From Antedon mediterranea (lineage: Eukaryota; Animalia; Echinodermata), in contig NC_092677.1 of assembly GCF_964355755.1 (NCBI RefSeq), positions 16,576,101 through 16,640,100 of the forward strand: a DNA stretch of 64,000 nucleotides. Reading direction: 5' to 3'. Shown in pieces: positions 11,803 to 25,700 of this stretch; positions within the stretch are counted from its first letter, which is position 1; each line of letters opens with the position of its first letter. A model generated the notes under the pieces. That model had not been told where the DNA came from, searched no databases, and was given only the letters and a program-made list of their open reading frames with translations. The position numbers and the translations under genes are program-made.

Positions 11803-13559
11803 CTACCGTATATTAGAGTTAACCTGCACCACCTCTATTCGTATTTCTAACTTTGTTTTTATATTTTTTTAATTTTTGGTTTCTCAAAATTGTTTTTGTT
11901 TTATATTTACATATCCTTGGATTATAGTATTCAATATAAATTATTATTCCAATTAATATACAATTATATAATGCTATACATACAGTTATGACTCCAACCA
12001 TTACAATAGCAAATGTTATGAACACCAAATCCTCCAGACACAAATGAACGATTATTTTTGTAGCAGGATGCGTCATATTCAGGCTCTGCTATGCTACATG
12101 TTTTACATGATACATAACTTTGTTTAAATTGTTTTTAAGAAATGTAACAGAGACTTTTTGTATGTGCTCTCTCTGATATATGCTAATTAATAAACAAACC
12201 ACACATCGTTGAGTATAAACCTAAATCATAACCTTACACAGTATTGTAAACTGTTTAAAGCTTAGGTACAGGCATGAATTTTAAACATAATATTTGGTTA
12301 AATGTACATAAATCAAATATTTGTAACAGAAATCAAGACGAAAAAACATGAATTTCCCTTAATATGGTCAAATACAAAATTTGGCAAAATTCTTCCATAA
12401 AAACCAGGAAGACTTTTTTTCAGTATTTAGGTAGTTAACCTAATGTAATAACATGTCTGGTGACTCCCTAGATGGTGAAAAAAGATGGTGGATATACAGT
12501 GGATAATTTTTGCTATAGCATGAAAATAAAAATCTGAAGTTGAATAAAAATATCAGAAATGTAATATTTAAGTTATATTACCTATATTTAGTCATCTGAT
12601 AACATTTTTTACCCCACCGTTTATTTTTCATAGCTTTTTTAAATTCCTCTCTATTTACAAAATTTGTGTACAAAAGAATAGAGATTTTACTGTGTAATTT
12701 GAACTATCCCCCCACTGATAAGAAAGTGCTTATTTTCAAAAAGCTTGTGTAACACAAATAAAATCCCAAAAATTATGAAACATAGGGGAAACTATAGATC
12801 GATAATTATTGGAATGTATGATCAATAGACATTTTTTGCCCGATGAGTGTTTTGTCATGAATCTGACAGGATTTGAACCCTTAGTTGGGTAGCCGAGCAT
12901 CTCAACCACATGTTACAGATATTAACGAATTACTATTTGTTTACACTTAAAAATGCTGTAAGTTATGTTGGTAAAGTTCTTTTTATACTGTAGTTTCTGA
13001 TTTGTTGTCAATTTAATTTACCGGGTGGCACACGTAATAGGCTTGACTGCATACTCAATTTAGGAAGACAGACATTTTTCCTAGATTCTGTATTTTTTTT
13101 TTTTAACTGCATACTGGATGTCTCTGATAAACTTTTTTCCTTTCAATGGATCGTACAATCCATTATTGAAGTAAATGCATAACTTATGATTCATTTGAAT
13201 AGTTTGTATTATATATGTAATGCTGATTTATATAATAGGTTTAGATTGTTTTTATATGTCTTATATATCTCAATTCAGCCAGTCATTTAGATTTTTTACT
13301 TGTTTTGATGTTTTGCTCGTTTATTTTAATGTTTTTATATGATGTATTGTGTGGTTCTCAATTGTTTATGTTATTTTATGCTATCTTTTTAAAACATTTT
13401 AAATATTTTAAGTACCTTTTAATAATGTAAAAAATTTTCACAATTCAGTTTTTCTGTGAAGATGATTTTAATAAATATACCATTATGAATGAATGAATGA
13501 ATATATGTCTTTATGTCATAATTTTTTTTAAAGTTTATAAACTAATTAGAGATGGGTTT

Positions 13560-15330
13560 TTCGCTGTTATTTTTTTTAACAAATAAAATAAAACAGTCCA
13601 CTTAATATAACATTAACTATAATGTATTTTAAAATTGGAAAGAGACTGATTTGTATGTTGCCCCTTAACAACTGATAACACATGTTGAATATGATCATAC
13701 ATTTCTTTTTATTCATATACGTTTACATATGAATATGTTTTTTTTCTTGTTTAAAGTGCCTGAATATGCAAGTTGTTGCAAATATGTGTTTCAACATAAA
13801 AATCTGAAACATGCGAAAAATAGTTGTTTATATTTTGCACATTGTTGACTCATCAGAAGTGTCTATGTAATACATGCAGGTCTTAATGGCAAAATATGGT
13901 GTATTTATTGGTTTTAATAGGGATTGGTCTGTATGTATCTCTAAGTGTATGATGCGATGTGGTAGCAATGTAGAATAGCAGACGAGGGTTATAAAAGTGA
14001 ATGAAAAGATTTGTTTTTGTAATATAAAATCATGTCTTATGCAATAGCTAACAAAATGGTTTATATTTTTTAAAGAAGAACTGATGTATAATTTAGTATA
14101 AAACTACCTTGTCTTTGTTATGGTTGTACATTCCAGTCTATGAAATATGAAGTTGTTTCAATACAGTACTGTAAAGTTAAAAACTGAATACTGTAAATAA
14201 TGTGTATATCGACTGTATATTTATCTGACCTATTTTTGTATTAAAGTTGATTTGAGGAAACATTTTCCACATTGCCTAAATATTTAATTCACTTCAAGTT
14301 CACTATGTATACATAACATGTATTTATCTATACAAATTGTAAACAAACTGATTGGTATGTTACTGTTGATCACTATCATCACTAGTTGAATAATTATTAA
14401 TAGTATAAATGCGCTTATTTTCCTGCAATGTTGCTCAAACTTTCGTGAAAGTGTCTGTTGCATGACGTATGAACTGGTAACTGACCTGACCATAAAATGG
14501 ACATGCAAATGCCTTCATCGAACAGAATATATTGATACCGTAAAACCTCGAAAAGAAGCCCATGGGCTTAAACCTCGAAAAGAAGCCCATCTCAAAAAGA
14601 AGTCCCCCTCTACAGTTTGCAAAAGTACTCTCGAAAAGAAGCCCATCTCGAAATGAAGCCCCCTGGGCTTCTTTTCAAGATAGTATGGGCTTCATTTCGA
14701 GACAGACTACTCATACTGTATTGAGATGATGACGAAATTATTGTATTTGACGGTAAATCATAGGACTTTTTTTTTGCTTTTTATATTGTTTTTTAATTGG
14801 TATATTAAACATAATTTCATGGTTGAAAAAATGTCTCAAAAGTCACATTATTGTAGTAGAAATTCACAAAATTTACAGCATTCATTTCGAAAAGAAGCCC
14901 CCCTCTACACTTTGCAAAAGTACTTTTGAAAAGAAGCCCATCTCGAAAAGAAGCCCATCCAAGAGCACTAAAAAAAGAAGAAGCCCATGGGCTTCTTTTC
15001 GAGGTTTTACGGTATTGTTTATTGTGAAAAAATTTAAAGAATGATGCCAACGCCATAGATATCATGAATCTTTTAATTTCTCTTATAAGCCCATCAACAT
15101 ATTCTATAGCTCTTATTCAATAATTTCTAGATGTATTAACATATTTAAATGCCATTAAAAAAATATACTGTTTTTATTTAATTTTGTTTTTCATACGTTA
15201 ATAACATAACATTTCCATACACAAATCATAGACAAGTTGTTTTGTAAGTATACTATCCATGTTAATTGATTGAATGAAAATAGTGTCATTTCTATCTATA
15301 AGTTTACCCGACAACAAATATTTCTTAATG
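13560..15330 (+). repeat. 3' flank of gene A, paralogous to about 56680-58090 downstream of gene B
   Basis: Long colinear matches, e.g. gacctatttttgtattaaagttgatttgaggaaac at about 14227 and about 57378. Confidence 0.85.
14538..15012. mobile_element. 475-bp Tc1/mariner/pogo-type MITE with TA TSD
   Basis: TIR ccgtaaaacctcgaaaagaagcccatggg with its reverse complement at the right end; TA on both sides; empty site attgaTAttgttt at 57674 in the paralogous flank. Confidence 0.92.
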
Positions 15331-15529
15331 TTGATGCATTCCATACATTGTTGACATATTGTTAGCCGCTTTCTTGCAACTACCTCTAAATGTATAATTG
15401 TAGAGTAAATTAAAAAATGTAACTGTTCTTTATGAAAACGATTCCGAGTACCATGTAATTTAAAAATCGGCCATACGTGACGATTAATGAATGAATGGGT
15501 TATGGATGGCTGGTAGACAACAAAAACCA

Positions 15530-15590
15530 ACCCGGAAATTAAAAACTCGTCTGGTTAGCGTCGTTACGAGCAAACTTTGATATGAGTAGG
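15530..15590 (+). other. Candidate non-coding first exon of gene B
   Basis: Consensus donor agg|gtaagt at 15590/15591, just after a CCGGAA motif; start position uncertain. Confidence 0.35.
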
Positions 15591-16179
15591 GTAAGTAAAA
15601 TGATTGCTTTATATTGAGGAAAATCTATCTAAACAATCTAATTAATGAAACAAGGAGGAATTATGATCACCTATAAGAAATGTGTAGGGGTCTCGTACAG
15701 TCAATGGATCTAAATTAGATGTCCTAAAAGGACCCACAAGGAATGCCCTTCCAACCAATATAGACGAACTTAGGCTAGGGATTGGTTCTTCATAGATTTT
15801 TCTGTTGCCCTTGTGACTGAGACTAAAAAAGTCGATTATTGTGGTCGTCTTCTATTCTTAAGTTATTTAATTTTTTTAAATAATCAAAATGCCGCCTACG
15901 CGCCGCCTTATATCCGTCTTTACACAAAATGTTAGATAATGCCTGGTGTTTTGTCTGGGATGGTTCCAAAATATTTTAGCACATATGGCGTTTTTATACG
16001 TATACATCCGACTCGAAACTGTATTTCAGGCCCGATTTCAGGTTTAGACACAAAAACATCGAAAAGCCTCGAAATAAGTACAGACTTTGGGCAAGGGTAC
16101 CTGTTGTTGTGCATTCATTGTTTATGAATAGTCACGGTTTTCTTTTATATAGCCCCCTCTATCTAATGTTAGTGTTAGT

Positions 16180-16450
16180 ACAGTACAGTAGAACCACTTT
16201 GGGGACACCATTCAGGGGACACCTCTATTAAAGTACACTTTCCCGCGAAACGGGATATATGATTAAGTTAACTGCTGTTGAGTCCAGATCAATTGTTATT
16301 CATTTTTTATATAATATTGGTTTTCCCAAGAACACCCTATTAATGGGCAATGCTGTTTTTTCCTTAGTGTCTCCTGAATTAGGGTTCCCTGTTCAGGAAC
16401 ACTCCTATTAATTTTGGGTCCCGAGGGTGTCCCCTTAATAGGGATTTATG
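16180..16450. mobile_element. Degenerate MITE-like element
   Basis: Starts tacagtagaacc; ggggacacc repeats mirrored by ggtgtcccc. Confidence 0.4.
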
Positions 16451-16739
16451 CTTTATTTAAACGTTTAATGTTATTTGAACTTCAGTCTCTAGTCACACTT
16501 TTCAAACTTTGACTTTTGTATTTGTCTTGTCCTGTACAGTGAAACTATAATGCAACTGTTTACTAAATTTGCATAATGTAACGTTTTTCTATCTTTACGT
16601 CGATCATTTATAGTTGTTAAAATAACATCTTTTATCCCTCTGTTTATAATGTAGTAGCTGCTATGTCATAGCAATTGTTTCCTAATATAAAATATCAAGA
16701 TTATTTTCCAGAAGAATAGTCATACTGTTATTGGACAAG

Positions 16740-19700
16740 ATGGTTGAATCAGGTAAAGTATCTGCCTATATTACATATTCGAATAAACTTCATTGACTTT
16801 CATGATCTTCCATTTATCAAAGCTTTTTGATACCATTTTTACTGTATTTTATAACTTCTTGATATTGTTTGTGGGAGTATTTATTGATTATACATGTCTC
16901 ACTCGAATAGTAGCCCCGTTAAAACCTTCAAGAACAATAAACGCACATGGACGTGTATTCGAACAAATACGGTACCATATTTTGAAAACCCCAGATTTCA
17001 CATTCTCTCCTCTTCTCACGTGATGATGATGATGATGATGGTTAAAAAGATGATATGATAATGTAGGCCGAATGATGCCTCATTTAAACAAAAAAAAATT
17101 ATTTTGCCTTCTTCATTTTCTTTGCTCATATTTTTTTCCATTTTATTCAATTTAAGGACCTATGTTATGGTCTGCAAAATAGTGACTTTAAAAAGTGTCA
17201 TGAAAGCGCTTTATTTTTTTTATGTTTCTAGAAACATCTGACAAATCTTTTAAAGAGGCTTTAGTATGTTTCTCAACTTGGTATGATGACCGATCACTCA
17301 TCAAGAAACTGAAAGTTTTGTATCAAGGTTATATTGCGGAAGCTGACATACACATTGCCTCTAAAACTATGGACTTACTGAAACATTTGACTGATTCTGG
17401 AGACTTAAGTTCAAAAGACCACACACTTCTGTATGACACCATAAAGGCCACTAAACAGTTTGCGATTGTAGACAAACTTCGAATTCACATTCCATCTTTT
17501 CCGAACATTAAAGAACGAATTATTTCAAAATTCAGTCATCATCATCAAAAAATTATGAATTTAGGAAATGAACTAATAGAAGAGGATGTGATAAAAATTG
17601 ATAATGTGTATAATGATCCACCAAAGAATTTTAAAGATGGGTGGGATCTTATACTCCATCTACGACACAAAAAAATCATTGGGGATGAAAATGACAAAAT
17701 GGATAAATTTATTGAAACCTTGAAAAATGTTGAACTACCCGGAGCTGCAGAAACTCTTACTAAAGGTATAAAGAAAATGGTTTCTTTTTTTAATATTCCA
17801 GAAGTAGGCAGACACTGCTGAAAGTATGTTTTTAAAAAAATCAAGAAATTAAAATATTCACAACGAGAGAATATTATTTTTCTAAATCAATATTACAATG
17901 TGTATTATTCTTTTTATTATCACTGTCGACTAAAACTTATGATGGCTATTAGGCCTACTCAGTGATAATTAATGAATATAGCTTTTACAAAAGTAATACC
18001 AGGAAATTACATTCATTTTTCCCTGGTTATTATACAGATTTTTAAATGTATATTCGATATTTACAGATGTCCAGATACCTGTGAGTCTGAAGAAACGCAA
18101 GAGAAAAAATTCTGAGCCTGAAGATCAAGGACCTCAAAAAAGGATCCAGGGTGAAAGTTCTAGGTCAACTACTGAAGAAAGTCCATGTATACAAAGAAAT
18201 CTTGATGGAAAACTGCGATCCTTACAAAGAACCATTGACGAAATTCTTCAATCTTTACAAAACACTCTCTCTGAAGTTAGCCCATCAATACTAAAGGCTA
18301 TTGATGAACATCAACAATCTTTATCACTTCCTGCTCTTACAGACAATTTGCCATCTGTCCTAACAACTATTGATGAAAATCTGCAATCGTTACAAAGAAC
18401 TATAATCGAAAATCTGCAATCAGTACAGAGTACTCTTGCTGAATGTATGCCATCTGTACAAGAAGATATTGATGAAAATATACAGTCTTCCTCAAGTTCT
18501 GTCAATAGAGGTAGGCCATCAGAAATAAGAAGTATTAATACAAGTCTTCAATCATTACAACGTTTCTTTAATGGAAGTCAGCGATCTTTGTCAAATGTTA
18601 CACCAAGCGCGTGTGAATTAATATTTAAACTTTACAAGAATACGATTACCAAAGATGATGAGCAAATACTATTTGTCATATTACAAAAACTGAATGATTT
18701 CTACCAAGCGCGAGGCTTTGAATTAAACAAAACAGAACATAGTTGTATCATATTTCATTTGTCGGTGATGGATCCCATTGCTTTAGAAACTCTCTGGAAA
18801 ATGCACCGAAGTGGAATGCTCCTCATAAAATTATCAGAAATATTAGTGACAAAAGAGCATCAGCAGACATTTCAAGCAGAATGGATGACATACATTGACA
18901 AGAACAAATACACAGAAGCACTTCAAATGCTTAAAAGAGGTGAGAAATAAATTTCATTGATTCATTCTAAAGAAAAGTAAAGTTTAAGTAGCATTCATTC
19001 TTCGTTAAAAACAATTTATTATGTTTTATTGTTAATTTACTTCTGATGTGTTTACTATATTGCATCATCAAAGTAAATCAAAATAATAAGTTCAAGTAAT
19101 AATTTATAGTTGAAGAGAACATGAATTAAAATATTTCACCATAAAAACTGTAAAATGTAGATCATGCACAAGAAGCTATACTGTACTATACAATATGGAT
19201 TAACACTGAATTTTCATACCAAATTATTAAAGCGAAATGCGCTTTATTTAATGTGAGATTATGTTTTGCACCCAATTATATGCTCGTGTTGTGCACATAA
19301 ATGCGCGCAAAAAAGTTTTTAACAAAAAATGCCAGAAAGGAAAACGAAAAGCAAAGGAACTAAACAATCGGGTTATCCGCAACTAAGTTGCAGCGGATAA
19401 CAAAACAAAACATTAAAAAACATCCATCTCTTGCTTCTCTGTCAATTGAAATTTGTTGTTAGGCATAATTTAAACAAACTAGCAGGTACCCGTCCAATGG
19501 ACCATCTTATAATCAGATAGTACAGTAATAATAGACAATATGCAGTATACACAAATCTATGAATGGATGTATAGTGCCGAGATGTACATTATACACAGCA
19601 TTTATATTAGAAGGAAGATAAAGTTAATATGCATACTCTTTATGCATATTCTTCTTTATATTTAAGTGATATTTGCTTTTATTCTAAAAGCAAGCAATCG

Positions 19701-22700
19701 CAACCTAATATTAGTGCTACTGTAAAATGAATGTTTGAAATGCATGCAGTCACACATAAAAACAGAATCTCATAAATATATTCATTTTTACATCTGTATC
19801 TTTTTTTCTTGTAAATATATTAAAATAATAGACGTTTATTATTTTATTGATTAATATTATTATGTCAGTTAATTTCCGTCCTCATGTTTGGTATAGACAT
19901 AATACTGCATTTCATAGTCGTCTGGTAAATTATCATGTTTTTTATAAAAGCTTCCAAAGTATGTTAATACCATTTCCGAATAGAGAACAGTGACTTAGTT
20001 GAGTCTGGTCTTCTGTTGTTCAGTTGAATTTATGTTTTCTGGTGGTGTAAGCCTAATTAGAAAGAAGTAAATATGATTTTACCTAAACTTAGGGAGACTC
20101 AGTACAACCTTAGACGTAAATACCCTTGAGTTAAAACCGAACGTTCGAAAATATTTATAACTAATTTTGGTCTTTTCAAGTCTTGAATCAAGTAAGTCAG
20201 GGAGCTTATTATAGTTTATTATAAAATCTACTTTATTATTTTGAATCGGACAAAATAAAAATTCATTTTAATTATAAATGTGCCACTCAGGTTTAAAATA
20301 ACAGCATGAACCAAACCAAAGGTTCTGAATAAAGTGGCATGAATCAAGTGATAATTATAATTATTGTGTTTGTTTAACTTATATACCTGTATAGGGAACA
20401 AATAATTAGTGTGGGTGTAAAGTTATACATTCTTGTTCTTTCACTCACTACTGTTACTATGTTGCTATGTAGGCCTATCCAATAACACACAAAAAATAAT
20501 ATGCTTAAAATGAATTTACAATTATAATGTTTTATTAAGGATAAACGATACGCTAATACTATGCTGAAAATATTCAACATAATAATCAAGAGTATTTAGA
20601 GAATAAAATCAATCAACTATACAAGTGTTCCCAACACCTGAATTAATTATGATGGCAGAGTCGGATTAAGACATCTGTGTAGAAAAATATGTATAAATAA
20701 TAACACTAAATAATACTAAATATTAGTTGGGGAGCCAGAAAGGGTTTAACTGCACCCTCTAGTAAACTATGTTAACACCGTTTTTGCCACCTTATATCAA
20801 TACAAATCAATTAGAGAAAAAAATGAGAGAAAATACTGTTTTAGTGGGATGTTTGTTTTCTGTTATTCTGAAATAAAATGGTCAATCAAGTGAAATTTAA
20901 AACAATCATAAAAATTGACTTGCTCGTTTTATTTAAGAATTAATTTTTTTCGGAATTAATTTCTGTTTAATAGTTCTAAAAGTATGTTGTATACAATTTT
21001 ATTTTCATTCATTTGCACAACATTTTACCGGCACTGGGGCTTATGAAGTGAATAAAGAAGTCGCACAATTTAGAAGATAATTGTAAAGCTATGATTCATA
21101 CATTTTAATTTATTTTATCTTATAAATTAGCCAAATCAGAGACATTTGTTGAAGAAAGATCAGAAGAATCAAAAGCAGGTGAGGTATAAGACTGTAAACA
21201 CCATACTTATTAAGTCACAAATGCAAATGGACTTGAATTCAATTTAGGTCCATACATATTTATTCTTCTACCAGCTATCAATCATTGACCACATTTTAAT
21301 TCGTAAGACCAAAACTAACTGTCAAGATTCAAGATTCAAGATTCAAGATTCAAGAAATTTTATTTGTCCATAAAAATGGAAATTCAATTTGCTTGGTAGA
21401 TTAAAACAACAATAAACAAGGCCAACAGCCATTAAGTCGCGTGCTACAATGCATAGTGATACCGGACCTACAGACAAACAGACCGACAGACAGACAGACC
21501 GACAGACAGACGGACCGACCGACATAGTGAACTATACTGACCGAAATTACTGAACATGTTTAAAAATGTTGAAATGTTTAAAAACATTTATATTTTTTTA
21601 ATTTACACGTGCGTAGCCTGTCACTTTTGACGTGCTCGTATAACGTAATTTCGAGTTGAAAAGTAAGTCAAGAAAACAGAAATCGGGCAAAAAGAGTGCG
21701 CAATAACATTTAACGCGCAGTGCGCGCGCAAAAATCTGCGCACTCATGGCAATTTTGTAAACGCTTAAAATTGCCTGAAACGTACTCTTATTTCATCGAA
21801 AATAAATTTTGAAAATTTTAAGCGCGCTTACGCATGCGTTACATGCGCTACGCACGTAATTGTATTGCCATATGATGATTTATGCCCTGAAATTTATGAG
21901 TACCAAATTTTATTTAATTGTGATTCATGGTTGTTAAGATATGACTACAAACGTGATTTCGTTAAATCGTGCGTAGACCGCGTAATTTTTTATTGCGCAC
22001 CGTGAAAACATAACCACATCGATTCCTGGCCATAAGGAATATTCTGTGAAAAATTGATTTAGCTAGATTAAACTGATATCAAGATAAGGTCATAAAGCGA
22101 TAAAACGCATAGTGATACCGGACCGACAGACAGACAGACAGACCGACAGACAGACAGACAGACCGACCGACCGACATAGTGAACTATAGAGTCGCTTCCA
22201 CGCGACTAAAAACAAACATAAACAATGTTGCAACAATTTAAACGTGCAGTATTATAACAGATTAAAATACAAGATAAAAAGTTAAAAATAAAAAAAACTG
22301 TTAAAAATGTAAAACTATTTAAAATTTGCATTATCGTCTTACATTAGAATTAACAAGGCCATATAGATGGCTGCGGTCGCGTGCTCATTAGTGTTTACCG
22401 ACCGACCGACCAACCTACCAACTGACCGAAATTACTGAACATGTTTAAAAATGTTGAAATGTTTAAAAACATTTATATTTTTTTAATTTACACGTGCGTA
22501 GCCTGTCACTTTTGACGTGCTCGTATAACGTAATTTCGAGTTGAAAAGTAAGTCAAGAAAACAGAAATCAGGCAAAAAGAGTGCGCAATAACATTTAACG
22601 CGCAGTGCCCGCCCAAAAATCTGCGCACTCATGGCAATTTTGTAAACGTTTAAAATTGCCTGAAACGTACTCTTATTTCATCGAAAATAAATTTTGAAAA

Positions 22701-25700
22701 TTTTAAGCGCGCGTACGCATGCGTTACATGCGCTACGCACGTAATTGTATTGCCATATGATGGTTTATGCCCTGAAATTTATATTTAATTGTGATTCATG
22801 GTTGTGAAGATATGATTACAAACGTGATTTCGTTAAATCGTGCGTACACCACGTAATTTTTTATTGCGCACCATGAAAACATAACCTCATCGATTCCTGG
22901 CCATAAGGAATATACTGTGAAAAATTGATTAAACTGATATCAAGATAAGGTCAGAAAGCGATAAAACGCATAGTGATACCGGACCGACAGACAGACCGAC
23001 AGACCGACCGACATAGTGAACTATAAAGTCGCGTCCACGCGACTAAAAATATGAATGCTATTTACAACGAAGGATTTTCTAGTTCTACAAAGATTTGCTC
23101 TTGGAGGTCGTAGCCTAATACCTGATCTATTTAAGTTATGTAACGGATGAGTGGGGTCTTTCATAATATTGTTTACTTGTTTTAAAATACTCTTTTCATA
23201 GATAAATGAACAAGGCGTTAGGTCAGCTTTAATAATACGTTGTGCAATTTTACGTGGTCTCTCAATATTTTTCTTATCATTTTCAGTAAAGTTACCATAA
23301 AAACATCCAATGCTAAAAGATAAAATACTTTGAATAATACTTTGATAAAATAGAATTAAAATAGTGTTATCAACCCTAATTTGCTCGAGTTTTCTGAGAA
23401 AGTAAAGCCTTTGAGATGACTTCTTGGAAATCATGAGAGAGTTTGACTCCCATTTTAATTTGTTGTCAATTATAGTACCTAAGTATTTGTATTGGGTTAC
23501 TCTTTCAACCTCGGTTTCTTTAATAGTTATTATATTATGTTCAACTGCGGTTTTACGAAAATCAATACAATTAAAGTGAATTTGGACCACTTCACATCAT
23601 TTCGGTTTGAACAATGGCATATAACTGTAACGTAGCTAAACTGATCTTTAAATTGTCTCTTGTTTCATCACTGAGTCTCTGACATACGGAACTCTACCTC
23701 ATCAGTAGAATAAATGTTTTAGAAACAGAATCCTTCACAAATTCACAAACTCTGATTTCACTAAAGTTTAACCGATATATTTTACCATGCAGGTTAAAAT
23801 GATTACCGTATTTCTTTGTTACACATTTGTTTAGCACCCTCATTTTATTTTTTTAATACAGTTTAATACAGTCCAATACTGTTTCACACACACACATCAA
23901 TGTGTACTTCATCCATAAACCAGGAGGTACACCTTTACATAGTAGATCTTTTTGTGTTTCATGACCATTAAAATTACTTGCTCATGCTCATTCTATGGAC
24001 TAAATACAGTATACAGTTGTAAATGTAGAACAGAGGAAAATGGTGTAATGCTAAATTAACCTACTGTAAAGCCTATTACTGGAATGTATTTTTTTTTAAT
24101 TAATAGAGAAATCACACGATGCATCGTATCAGTCACTGAAGAAGGGATTACCATTCAGTTATGAACCAAGTGAAATAAAGTTATTACCAGGTGAATTACA
24201 GTTATTTCAATTCAGACCAATTACAAATTGCTTTTATTGGTAGGCATGTTTTAAGGTGCATATTTTAGCCAAATCCTTCAAATTGTGATAATATTTTGAA
24301 ACTTTGCACAGTTATTCATTAGGGTGTCAAAAACATGAAATGGAAGGGTTGCACAAAATTTGGTCAGGAGAAAGCTGCCATTTTGGATTTCAAAATGGCG
24401 GACCCCAAATTCTCACTTTTCAGGTATATCTCTGCTAAAAAGGCACCTACAGTTCTGATTTTAGGTGCAAATTATATGGTAATGGGGTCACCAAACATAT
24501 TGGTATAACTAACATTTTGATTGCATGGCGGCCTTGTTGGATTTCAAAATTGCGGACTTCAAATTTTCACTTTTCAGGTATATCTCTGCTAAAATGGCAC
24601 CCAGAGTTCTGATTTTAGGTGCAAATTATATGGTAATGGGTCATCACCAAACATATTTGGTATTTAACTAACATTTTGATTGCATGGCGGCCTTGTTGGA
24701 TTTCAAAATGGCGGACTTCAAATTTTCAAAATGTTTCAGTACGGTACCTACATTTATAATTTTAGGTACAAAGTATAATATGGTATTGAGCTCCAAACTG
24801 GACCAAATTTGTTGCCGTCCTTCCTCCATCCTCAGTTCGCTGGGTCCTGTTCACCTCTGAAGGCATCTAGACAGTTGTACCACTTCCTGTCTTGTAGAAC
24901 AGACTGTTTCACTTCTCTTAATGCCCCAAATGTTGGGGGGATATTTTCAATAGTCTTTCCCGTTGTTGTAAAAAGATATCGTCTTGCATTATTTACCTTC
25001 TTTCCATTAAATGTCTGCAGTACATAGTTACAACAAACTGTTCTAGATAATCTGTGTCTGTCTCACTAGCTAACATCCCCTACAGACAATGGAGTGTGGA
25101 GCACTGTGGCGCATTGGACTTGCAATCAAGAGGTTGCTGGTTCAAGCTCGGCCGGTCACTGCAGTGTTGAGTCCTTGAGCAAGATTCTTTATTATCCACA
25201 TTGTTCCTCCCCACCCAGGTGATAGAAATGGGTACCGGTATGTAAAAGTACTGGAAAGGTAAATCAGACTCATTTGTGAGGGAGGAGTGGCGTACCCCCC
25301 ACAAACATACACACTAGTGGAGTCTGGCCCAAACGCTAAAGAAATGGAGATGGCACCACGGCTATTAGCATTAGCTTAAGTTTCTACACTTTACATTACA
25401 GACAATGACATCCTATCGAAAACTGAAGTCATACATGGCATCTTTTTCCAAGTCTCGTTAAATGTAGCTTTACCCTTTCCTTGAACAGATGAAGTTGTAT
25501 CACAACCGCTAAAGAAATGAAAGAACAAGTAAGTGGCTGGTGCTTGTGGTCCAAGAGAAGAAGCAATCTCGTGTATTGGGATGTACCTACTTGAAGTGCT
25601 TCCCCTCTCCAAACTCGATCAAAAGCTCGTGGATGGCAGGTATTCTGTGGAAAGCTGACAATGCAATTTGAAATCCACCATTTTGAAATCCAAAAATTGC

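Larger units (their letters stand above)
21323..23575 (-). mobile_element. 5'-truncated non-LTR retrotransposon (Rex1/Babar-like, CR1 group) interrupted by two DINE-1-like elements
   Basis: ORF 23021..23590 is the RT C-terminal region (YKYLGTIIDNKLKW...QRLYFLRKL...FYQSIIQSIL). AATAAA then a (TCTTGAA)n tail on the minus strand at about 21323-21365. Confidence 0.85.

Noticed and set aside
15525-15545. CCGGAA as an Ets or immune promoter element
   Set aside because: Too short to be significant without TSS data
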